The notes beneath the pieces are model-generated. The model was not told the origin of the DNA, searched no databases, and saw nothing but the letters and a program-made list of their open reading frames with translations. From assembly GCF_000150275.1 (NCBI RefSeq), contig NW_002060945.1, forward strand, positions 8,758,011 through 8,822,010: a stretch of 64,000 bases of DNA. The letters run 5' to 3'. Of the stretch, positions 1 to 17,487 are shown piece by piece. Within the stretch, counting starts at the first letter, position 1, and every line of letters begins with the position of its first letter. A program made the position numbers and the translations under genes. Origin of the DNA: Trichoplax adhaerens (taxonomy: Eukaryota > Animalia > Placozoa).

Positions 1-1424
1 TGGACATTGGACTGGTGACTGTAGGGACCGGTGACAAAATCCAGTTCACTTCGACTCAGTGTAGTGCTGTAGCGATTAGACCTGAGTTGGGTCCGGTGCG
101 GTTCAAAACCTTTGTGACTAGCAATCTACAGCAACCACTGTCATACTGTACCGCAGTTAAAAGAAAAGTTGGCATTGGACAAATGGACACTGGACAGGTG
201 ACTGAGGGACCAGTGACAAAATCCAGTTCACTTCGACTCAGTGTAGACGTGTAGTGCTGTAGCGATTAGACCTGAGTTTGGTTCGGTTCGGTTCAAAACC
301 TTTGTGACTAGCAATCTACAGCAACCACTATCATACTGTACCGCAGTCAGAAGTTGGCATCGGACAGATGGACATTGGGCAGGTGACTGTAGGGACTAGT
401 GACAAATGCAGCTCACTTCGACTCAGTGTAGTGTTGTAGCATTTAGACCTGAGTTGGGTCCGGTGCGGTTCAAAACCTTTCTGACTAGCAATCTACAGCA
501 ACCACTATCATACTGTACTGTACCGCAGTCAGAAGTTGGCATTGGACAGATGGACACTGGACTGGTGACTGTAGGGACCGGTGACAAATCCAGTTCACTT
601 CGACTCAGTGTAGTGTTGTAGCAATTCGACCTGAGTTGGGTCCGGTTCGAAACCTTTATGACTAGCAATCTACAGCAACCACTGTCATACTGTACCGCAG
701 TCAGAAGTTGGCATCGGACAGATAGACATTGAACAGGTGACTGTAGGGACTAATGACAAATCCAGTTCACTTCGACTCAGTGTAGTGCTGTAGCGATTAG
801 ACCTGAGTTGGGTCCGGTTCAAAACCTTTGTGACTAGCAATCTCCAGCAACTGCTGTCATACTGTTACCGCAGTCAGAAGTTGGCATTGGACGGATGGAC
901 ACTGGACAGGTGACTGTAGGGACTAATGACAAATCCAGTTCACTTCGACTCAGTGTAGACGTGTAGTGCTGTAGCAATTAGACCTGAGTTGGGTTCGGTT
1001 CAAAACCTTTGTGACTAGCAATCTCCAGCAACTGCTGTCATACTGTACCGCAGTCAAAAGTTGGCATTGGACAGATGGACACTGGACAGGTGACTGTAGG
1101 GACTAATGACAAATCCAGTTCACTTCAACTCAGTGTAGTGTTGTAGCGATTAGACCTGAGTTGGGTCCGGATCAAAACCTTTGTGACTAGCAATCTCCAG
1201 CAACTGCTGTCATACTGTTACCGCAGTCAGAAGTTGGCATTGGACGGATGGACACTGGACAGGTGACTGTAGGGACTAATGACAAATCCAGTTCACTTCG
1301 ACTCAGTGTAGTGTTGTAGCATTTAGACCTGAGTTGGGTCCGGTGCGGTTCAAAACCTTTGTGACTAGCAATCTCCAGCAACTGCTGTCATACTGTACCG
1401 CAGTCAGAAGTTGGCATTGGACAG
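1..1424. repeat. Tandem satellite, ~172-185 bp unit, ~8 copies, truncated by the window start
   Basis: The motif GACAAATCCAGTTCACTTC (or a near-identical variant) recurs at ~33, 216, 401, 583, 755, 928, 1108 and 1281. Units are highly similar with small indels. The array ends ~85 bp before the AVL9 ATG. Confidence 0.97.
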
Positions 1425-1508
1425 CATTACTCTGGAGCCAACGGCTGGAGTCGACTGGCAACAACGTCAAGATTAATTTTTGATCCCTTTGGAAGGAAAT
1501 TTACACTT

Positions 1509-4500
1509 ATGGCTTCCCAAAGTGATAATCAATCATGTATCGTACACATTATGGTCGTTGGATTTCATCACCAATATGGAGCTGAGGTAGGTAGAATGGA
1601 AGCCATTTCTTTTTCGGTCAAAGGTAGCATCAGTGGGTCATTGACCATACTGTACTGTACTGGAAAGGTTCAATGCATTCTTGGTTGACGATCTTTGAAA
1701 GCCTTGTTGACCAATGGAGACAGAGTTGAATGATCCTCATGTAGTTGGGGTTAGGATTCTCATTCGGTAGGATAGGATAGGATAGGTTACTCCCATATTT
1801 TACAACTCTACGATGCCAATAGCGATTGGCATCGTAGACCGCCAGCGACATGACAGCAAGGATAGTTGTCTTGCATTCACTGACGACGAACTCCCATCAA
1901 ATACAATCGCTTCCATGGTAGGGTGCTTATGGTTCCACTGTGCATCCACCATAGCGAATGGGATCATCGGGATCATTCCAAGAAATGACAGTACAATAGG
2001 CAAGACTGCAAAAGTTGCATATTAATCCATCATATGCTCAATCATTCTGCTGAATACGCTAACTTAACATCGGTAGTTGAATACCCACCCGTATGGATAA
2101 CCAATCAATAATAATATAGTGGCATATCGTTCATTTTCCTATAATAATATCCTATAGCTGTACAGTACATTGGATAAGCTCTATTCTACACCATTCTAGT
2201 CAACTGGAGAAAAAGTTTTTCCTAAATGTTGGCTTTGGACTGTCAGTGCAATCACTTACACATGGTAATGATGAAAATGCCCGTCGGGCTTAATAGCTAT
2301 CGAGATACAACTATCAATCAAGACATTTGCATGCGATCTTACTCATGTACTGTACTCGATCATGTTAGTACCTTTACTCTACTTCTATTGAACCCTTGAA
2401 ATCTTACCAATGGACGACCGATACTGTCCATTTTGCCAACGTGACGCCTTCAAGATATTGTAGATAGGAATGGATTAACTTGAGCATTCTATTACTACTC
2501 TACTTTATCACTAACAAAAGTAGATGCTTTAAATTAAAAATTCGATTGCATTCTTTCCAATGGAAGGGTGCCACAATTGACGGTACAATCAGAATGGTAG
2601 TACTGCTGCTAATGAATCCAATCAATCGACGGCCTGGCTTATTTTATGCTATGCTACAAGAGATCACTTTGCTCATTCAATCCAAAATCATACAGTCAAT
2701 CATGATTGACATTGCTTGGATAAGTTAGGTCGTATACTTGGGCAGCTTTTCACTTAAATCTATGGATAATATCATTTTATCATAAAAGGATGATTATAAA
2801 AGTCTCTTATTCAATGATATTACTTTACATCCACATTAACTTAACTATCCGAACGTAAATACACCTACCACAGCATTAGCATTTGCTTTTGAAGCCTCTA
2901 TCTACATCAGATCACCCATACAAACGTCTACAAGTCATACAATAAACTTCATATAATATAGTGTATCCGGTACACGAGCAATTTGTTCACATCCATTATT
3001 TTACTTATATTATGTAACTGGATTACTATTTAAATTGCTCTAGATAGGAGTTGTGGTTTATATCATATACCAACAATACTATGAAGTTGGTTGCAGTCTT
3101 CCATTACTGAAAGGAAATTATATGCTTCCTTACACAATGTACTAGTTTTATCGATACAAATTGACAAGAGGCACTTCTTTATCGATTTGCTTTTAAACCT
3201 TGTTATAATGGATAGCCAGCTAAGTATTTTTGTTGTAACGGTACCATTGGAGTACTGAATAACTTTATCAATTCTGCCTTCCATAGTATCATTTTGTACT
3301 ATGCATTTTAGATTGAAGTATATATCGCCCATTACTCACTATCTACATCTTCCCTTCAAAGATTATGCTGTACAGTGTAATGTATTAACCTAAATTGCAC
3401 TAAAAGAAGCCATAGTACACTACTGTACAGTATACCACTCCCCATAAAGTATGCAAACATGATGAAATGTGGCATATGTTTCAATCCAACATGGTTTTAA
3501 AATTACTATAACTTCTAGGATATTATGCCATTTCTAAGACTCATTCATTGCAATTCAGATCGAATCTGCTACAAATAGTAGTGGAAATACTAGGATTACA
3601 TTTTAAAATATCTGATAGTGTAAAGCAAAATATCATCGGTTACATTATACGAGAACTTTTACCTACGTTAGTGAATCTAATTACCCCTTAGCTGGTCCCA
3701 GTGCGTATGACGCCATGTAGTGATACAGCATATAAGTTTTCCTTCTTATAAACTCACTCATCTACAGTACCATTCATGAATGCATACAGAAGGATCTCGT
3801 GCTGTTTGATAAAATGTTTCGCTTAATCTAACTGTATAAATCATAAAATGATACAAAACTGTGCATCGATCTACGAGCTACCTTCTGCCTTCAACTATAC
3901 TTTGATTAAATAAGTTATTCAATGTTTTACTATTTCAAATGATCATATCCAACGGATATACTGAATACTTGTAGAAAATGGATAAACTCTGTTTATAATT
4001 GTGATTCATAAGTAGTTTATTTCGGGACTATTTGTAATCTATAATGAGATCTATTCGTTGGAAAGAAATGAAATTCATAGCTCAATCACATATTATTATA
4101 CGTATATTCATAGATTGGAGAATGATCATACAGTATATTGGATTTTGTTGAAGGATGACTAGCTTGTATATCCTTCGTTAAACTGCTACTCTATATATAT
4201 TGTATAACGATAGAATGCCATCTTGTAAAAGATGTTTTATTTAATAGATATTGCAAAAATACGACAACCAATGTTTTAAAATTTATTTAGTGACAAACCT
4301 ATGTTGACATTTATCGAAAGGATTGAAGTTAAACAACTTTTATACTGGCATTAATAATCATATATAAAATTTATATTAATGAGATCGTTGTTTCATTCTT
4401 TATCGTTATTAGGTAGAGTTTGTGTATCCTCCCTTAATTGTTGATACTTTGAAAAAGAATGAAAGTACTGGTATTCCGATGCCCGATCCTTGGCAAGATT

Positions 4501-7500
4501 TGCCTAATCTATGTATTCCTGATGGTGCTCATACTGTCAAAGAAGGTATTAAATCGGGTTATTCACTACAGTATATAAAGTAACCGCTTATCTTACGTTA
4601 CTGTAGTAATATTCGTTCTTCTTGTACACGTTAACATGTTCGCTTATCGTTTGAAAGGTAAAAGTTAACAGGTCTGCACGTACTTGTCATTACTAGCTAT
4701 TAATCATATTATTATAACTAGAAAAATTCACTTTTCTAACTCTATTCTGTAAATAACAATAATAACGGTAATAATTGCAGCTTTAATTCACCCTTATCAC
4801 AATCATCATTCTTTATACTGGAAAGTAAAGCGATGCAATAGCATATAGTACACGTCATAATACGTATGGTACTGTACTACTACTCGCTTCATAAAGACTG
4901 CCCTGAAATTGTTTTTAGATGCAACATTTTTCCACGTACCTGACATTGATGATAAAGGAATTCCTACTACTGGAACACTGTATGGAGTATCTCATTATAG
5001 GAGTATAGAAACAAAGGTATGAAAACATTGTTAAATTAGAATTTTATGGTTAAAGATTTGCTCATATAGATATACATCGATGAACTTGTTGTAAAATGTG
5101 CTAATACAAGAACATGCATGTTAGAAATAGCAATCGTTGCTAGGATCATTATGATAACAATTTGCTAAAAATTGTTGATGCAAACTTAACGTTATGATAT
5201 TGGAAAACTTAGGACCTAATTAATAAGGACGAGTCTATGACTCGAACAGAGGTTAAAAAGAGCGTCTGCATTTTATCAAAAGTGGTATGGATAATCGTTT
5301 CCTAAAAGTGAAATTAGTCTATATTCTATCTTACAAAATTGATTCATTGCATTACATTAGCTGTATTGTAAATAAAATTTATCTTTGTGCATCAGTGATT
5401 GTAATAGTTTCATGTTGGCTTTTTATGCAGCCTCTGTACATGCTTATTCTATCAAAATTGGAGGTAATTATACGAACATACTTTGAGGAGAAAGACTTTA
5501 CCAAGACTTCGATCTTAGAGGTACAGAAAAGCGATATTGCAGTATCGTTGATTTATACTTGTAATTATATTAATCCCGTTAGTTTAGTGACTTTGACGGC
5601 TATTCAATAATGTTTTGACCGCTTATGATTAGGACGCCTTTAAAAGTTTAACTCAAACGATTTCTTGGAAAATGCTTGATAAAACTTATATTAATGCAGG
5701 TTAATGTTCTGATATTATTGAATAAGGACGGAAGCATTCCATATTTATTGCAATGTTATCTGATATATAATTTTAAATTTAACATAGGGTTGTCGGTTAG
5801 AGATACGTTCAAACGCTTTAAGGGAAAAGTAAGGATTGAATTGTTATCTGTTTATGGTGAACACAATAAGGCTAAAATTATTTTTTGATAAATTACAGCT
5901 CGTTTCGTTATTTAAGTTATTGCTACTGGAAAAAAAGGTAAATACTTGAATTTTCGTGATTCATACCTATGATGCAAAGTAGAATTTTCACGTAAAATAA
6001 AATAGTTAATTGTAGGTTTTGTGAATTACCACCTAGGTCTTATTTTACGGCTCACCCGTAAGAACAACGTGTCGTACGATGTTGTCAGCTTTGTCTTTAA
6101 TCCCAGGTACGGAGATAATATCTTTACCTATCATTCATCTGCATATATGACGTAATTAACCGTAATAATACACTTTCAGGTGTTACGGAATTATTAATTC
6201 CCCGATTACTAACTTGTCAAATGGCAAAAATTAGCTGTAAGTGGCATGATGGCGAACTTTCGGCTGATGAATATGGGCTACCTCTAGAAATTTTCCATCA
6301 GGTAGAAATAATTTATGATCTTTAGCAATTGTCTGTAGTCAATCCATTTATATGTCAAACGTTTATGTAACAACTCGGATATAGGGTGTAGTTTTCCAAC
6401 CTTACGTATCACTACAACAAATGGACCTATTGAGAGACAAAAGGGCAGTGCACAGTTTCATTGCAGGAGCAACTAACATCTTGTTTTTACGGCATAGCTT
6501 TGCACATGCTGTTGTATACGTACGTAGCCTTGCCTGTCAGTCGTTATCAGCGATATTGTATGACGCTTATGCGGGTAAAAATCTGTTTCATGTAGGTAGA
6601 GAAAGGAGTTATTGAAGTAAGAGATCCGTCTCTTACCCGAGCGTTATCGCTAACAACTGAAGACCTCCGATTCACTGAATACTTATCGCAATATATTACA
6701 TCTAAGTTTAGTGCCAAAGGGAATAGATCAGATGCCTCGCGTAGGTTTTAATGCTATTGTAATTTAGTGTTGAAAAGTTCGTACATGTTATTAACTAAAT
6801 TAGTTTTGTTTTTAGCTTGGGAAGGGAGCGATGATTGGATTAGAGTACAATTTAAAAATTATTTAGTTTCTTTACTGGCTACAGTACAGCGCACAGGTAC
6901 TTGAAATAAGTAAAGCTTTTATTATTATCTACTTAATTTTCTATTAACGTTCGGTTGACATAAAATGGTTTGAAATCGTTTGATCTATTTTTTATAGATA
7001 ACTTTGAGATTCTAACGGATTTCAATCACACTTTCGTTAATCAATGGAAAGCAACTGATAGTTATCATAAATGGAAGAGCGGTAGTTATACCAAGCTTGA
7101 TGATGTCCCTGTTGGGTAAGATAGCAGTTTTTGTCGTTTGATTGTTTATTACATTCACTTGAAGTTTCTATATTCCTATAACAATATAACTTTTCATCTT
7201 CTCCATTGCTAAGACACCCGTTTAAAGGTTCATATACGTTATCCGATGTCAAAATGAGATTATCTTAGTAAGTCCCAACGTTTATCATTGTGGTAAAAGT
7301 GTAATAAAAAGTTCCCGACATTACGTTTGTATTCTATCCATACTAGGGAGGAGTCGTTGCTTTTATTATCATTTTTATGTAGTACACTATTGACATTGAT
7401 TTCTGTATTAAAATTATAACAGCCAATTACAAGACGTACAATTAATGGATCAGGAGCAAAGCAAGAAATTGAATCAAGCAGTCTCTAATACTGGGAAGGC

Positions 7501-7879
7501 AGTTGGTTGGTTTTTTGTAGTTTTATGATGTAGTCTAAGATATTTTTTATTACGTAATCTTATATTGCTTATCTGGTTAGGAGGGGCTCTTGCAAGTGCG
7601 AAAAGTAAGGTAACAAATTGGTGGTTTAAGGGTAATGATTCAAGCGATAGTGGAGATAGAGAAAATTCTACGAAAGAATATATTAGAGCGAAAGATATCC
7701 CAATTTCAGCAACGGAAGGAGACGAACATGAGCGACAGGAATTACTTCCCGACAAACCACAGCAGGTGGATGCTCCCGACCCGTTCGTAGTTGACGACGA
7801 TGATGAAGATATCGATATTGATGTATTACTATCGAGAGGGACAACAACAACAACAGCAAGCAGTGAAGAGAATCATTAA
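1509..7879 (+). CDS. AVL9: Late secretory pathway protein AVL9 homolog (DENN-like), multi-exon
   Basis: Exon 1 (1509-1586) MASQSDNQSCIVHIMVVGFHHQYGAE splices in frame over a 2.8-kb intron to VEFVYPPL...WQDLPNLCIPDGAH at 4413. Later exons give LYGVSHYRSIETK, VKKSVCILSKVPLY, YFEEKDF, QPYVSLQQMDLL...FIAGATNILF, LSLTTEDLRF and WEGSDDWIRVQF, all AVL9 family motifs. Acidic tail ends at TAA 7879. Confidence 0.93.
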
Positions 7880-10409
7880 AAATTTTTGAAGAGAAAATTT
7901 ATTTAATCATTTATGTAATTGAGCATTCGCTAGCTTTGTTATATCTTGCATCATTATACGGATTGGTTATGAAAATCATTTTATTTAGCTACCAAAGTCA
8001 AGTGGCAACTATATTTATGCTGTTTTATATCAAATTTGTGATATATACATATTAGATAACCGCGTCAAATATGCACTTGCATATAGTTTATAGGTTATGC
8101 ATGTTAATCTTGCATGTACCTATTCAGCTTCACAGGCTAATATTTAAGGAGACGCTCTAACTTGATTAATTTCTCATCCTGTGTGCGCGTAGGTTATGGA
8201 ATATGCACCCATTTCAATTAAATGATGTTCATATTGTAACATATTACTTTTCTTTGGAAACGTTTATCGTAGCTACCTTAAACCCTTAAGGTTAATCAGC
8301 CCATAGTTGGAAAATAGAATGTACTTGACTTCCTATGTACTGTTTTCCTTGGATCGTATTTCAGAACTTTTGTCTACTATGCCGATAGCTTTGGTATGGA
8401 ACAATGTAATTTTAATAGGTGCCTAGACAACATGTACACATGTCGTTTGAGCTACGCGATAATTGAATTAAAAGTAAGAGTATTTGCGGTTAGGGTACAG
8501 TGTTTTATACTGTGCCAAGAATAAATTTCTATCGACTTTTACAGGGTAACAACTTGCTACTGTGTATGATTGAGATGTCTTATATTCCCCAAAATTGTCC
8601 GGTTTATGTATTTTAGGGGGTATCTTGAGCTTCTATTTGCTAAAATATCAGCTTAGTAATTTAGATAGCTTCCTCTGGTAGCGTGGAAATAATGTACTGT
8701 ATTTCGCATTAGTATCCTTGTCGTTGTTATTGGAGTACCAGCATACACTTGTATAAAACATCTCTACTCCATGTACGCGTAATAAAACACTTGTGTACAA
8801 TGTACATTCTACGTGAATAATCAATTAATTATAGTATAAAGGGTAAATAGCACTAATGCAACATTTTTATTACACTGATGTGTTTGAATTATAGCATTGA
8901 TATGTATCCCTTTCATACCATTTCTCTAATATAATGTGCAGTAATTATACGTGCATGATGATATTATTAATAAGGATTTTGCTTGGTCCAGCCAAAGTGA
9001 TGTGTTGTTGGAGTGGATAAAAATGAGGATTGTTGACGCAGTTTTGCGCTTATTGTATCTCTATGGCATGCATTACGAACTGCCAACTGTATTAATACGT
9101 CTGCTAGAAATATTCTAGATGATTTATATATAATCTCTAGCTATCTTCTCTCCTTGCTGTATACTGTCTCATAAGTTTATATCAATAGAGTAAAATACTG
9201 CTGTACGATACTTACGAGTATATTTAGTAATCCATATGTGATAAAGAAAGTTGAAATTATTGGTAGATGGGATAAGGGTCAATTGATTTATTAGCATCAA
9301 GTAATCCATATAATCTAAATTGAAAGGTTAGAAAGATAGAATTATTCTTGGCATTACTATGTATTCATAGAAATGCTTTACTAGATGTCTTTCTTCACTC
9401 GGGTATGCGTAAATGCATCAATGCATCCGAGTATACAGTACTCGTAAGTGCGTCCAAGTTCCTAGAGCACTGTAGAAGTGTAGCACTGGCTTATTTTACG
9501 GCTAACCAATGCCAAATACTACACCATCTAGCACCGTATACATTTAATCAAAAACAATCCATACATATACCTCCAATCTATCGTCAACTAAAGATTCTGT
9601 CGAAAATAACCGAACCTTTCTCAAGTCTATCTGTATCCAAGATGTCGCTGGTTATACAGACGTACAGACATACCGATTGGAGTGCTGGAAAATGGAGTTT
9701 TGACGTTTTGGATAGTGCTGCGCGCTTCCTCTTCTTTTCACGGTATGACTTTACCATTTTACCATATAAATTCAAGTACTGTATGACTTACATGGAACAC
9801 CCTATAGCATAAAGTAGTCGCGGCAATGTCCTAAAGTGACTGTGTCAGCAAGGCAGCTAACGTAGCTATAGCACTCAGTATCACTCTGGACATTGGTATG
9901 AGTACAGTATGTCTTACAGTATAGCTTGTGTGCCACAGCCAGGTTGGACTAGTCTCGGAGGCAGCAGCCAGTTGGAGTTGCTTTCCCTTGAAGATTGCAA
10001 GATTTCTTGATTCATTTTAGGTATGGTAGAAGTATATTCAATTCTCTTTATATTATTAGATAGATTAGAACAGCTATAAGCTTGTCATTGCCCAAAATTA
10101 GTTAAGTTAGTTTACCTTAGACGTAGAGTAATGTGTCTTTCTTCAGTGGTAACCACTCATTGAGGACGCAATGTCTTTCACTGCTGGAGTAGATGAAACG
10201 TTTTTCAATGGTGGTAAATTTGAATAACTAGCAATAAATCATTTCTATCATTGCTTTTCGTTGAGCTAAGTTAAAGTTATTGGTATTTAGTAGTATTGAA
10301 GAGCAGATGGGGAGTCGTATTAATATTGTGATGGACAGTAAATGTAAAATTACGGTGTATTACTAAACTACTGGACGTGTTCTTTAATAATGGGTCAGTG
10401 AATGAGGAG

Positions 10410-11010
10410 AAGTGCATGACTGAAAATGTCTCTTGCTCTTGACTGCCACCGGTATGCTTGAGCCAAATAGAATAGCAAAAGACAAAAAATTCTACAAACT
10501 AGCTTTTCAATATCACTTGTGTAAAGTGTAGAATTTTTTGTGTAGTACTAAACTTCCTGTACGAGCAAATAGCTGATGTAAGCATACGCGTATGACTGCA
10601 AATATCTCACTTGCAATGGACAAGTATGCTTGAGTGAAAGCCCATGGAGACAGTGTTGTCAACGTAGCATTTTTGGGTGTATATATATATATATATATAT
10701 ATGTGACTGGATTTTCTTCATGGATGAATGGCTGATGGAAGCATACAACTGGAAATGGTACTTTTTGTAGTTAACAAATATGCTTGAGAGAGGTAGAGTA
10801 GCCAAAGACAAATTGCTGAGAGTAGCTTTTCAATATCCATCATCAATGTAGAATTGTTGATGTATTGCTACACATTCTTCATGGGTGAATAGGTGATCTA
10901 CAGTACTAGGTAAGCGTACAATTGGAAATGCCTTTCTTACAGTTGACAAGTATGCTCGAGAGAAGTAGAGTAGCAAATGACCAATGCTACAGAGCTGCCT
11001 TTCAATGTCA
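10410..11010. repeat. Old, degenerate tandem repeat (~155-172 bp period, ~4 copies) containing an (AT)n microsatellite
   Basis: TATGCTYGAG at 10453, 10625, 10779 and 10951, with related flanks (AGCTTTTCAATATC at ~10501 and ~10824, a variant at ~10997). (AT)n run at ~10679-10702. Confidence 0.65.
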
Positions 11011-11560
11011 ATTTTCTTTCTTACTATAGTAGCTTTCATTTCTCTAGTAATAGTCTTGACTTGGTAAAGCCGTGTACGCGTATAGTCCATCTGCTATCAT
11101 CAATGTTCATGTTGGCTGACGGCAATCAAGCAGCTGCATGCATGCAAAATGATCTTGTGAGCGCTGAACACGCAAATTTTGAAATGACATAATCGAGATA
11201 GAATACACGACGGCATTCCAGGCAAATGATAAAATATCATACTTGTTCTTACTTCAGAACTGTAAAGCGAAATATATTAATGCCTCAAGCTATGGCTATT
11301 GACACACATATGAGATGGTACAAATTATTCTTGACTGTATACTATTTCTTGATTACACTATACCATTTCTATCTCGTATATTTCGCTTTTTGCAGGGCTT
11401 TAAAATTAAGAAATCACTTCTTTTTTACTAAAAATTCTTCTTAATCTTTGTAGTACTAGCAAGATTAATAAAACATTCTATTCTAGCAGTAACCAGTTCG
11501 TCTTAATGATATCTTTATTATTTTAACTTGCAGGTCGTCCTTCACTGCTTGAAGTTAAAT

Positions 11561-16940
<5,380 letters not shown>

Positions 16941-17487
16941 GTTATTGTTTAACATAGTTGTCGCATAACCATAAAACAGACATTTGTTACTCGTTTCCGT
17001 ATTTTATTTCATACTGATATTACGAGTGTAATTAGTATTGTACAAGATTCATGTTGAAATCAGATTGGTCAATTCTATTATGTATGACCGACTTCTAGCT
17101 ATCATACCTTATACAGTTGTTTAGAAATCATAATTGTACCACTTGAGTAGACTATTACTCTTAGTAATATTCTATATATTATATGTTTTATGCCGACACA
17201 CGAATGTGAAATCATCCTAAAATAAAAAAAACGACTCATTTTATATTGTACAGTATGAGAAATTAGGACCGATACTGGCAGTGATATTAACGTTTTGATA
17301 ATCGAATATCAATTCTAGCATACAAATATCCCGTGAGTGAATGCAGTATTTAAAATGAACTTTGCCGTAACACTAAGACCTCCACACTGGATCTGTAAAC
17401 TTTAAATTAGCGAATTTAATATTAATAAGATAATCATCAATTGATCAAATTAGTAAGACTGTTGTCGAATCCAGTTTTTGTGCATTG

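Noticed and set aside
15-1381. Short ORFs in the first satellite (also those at 27993-31081, 42421-42937, 43656-43952 and 60704-62041)
   Set aside because: They are translations of tandem repeat units whose indels break frame between copies. No domain is recognisable.
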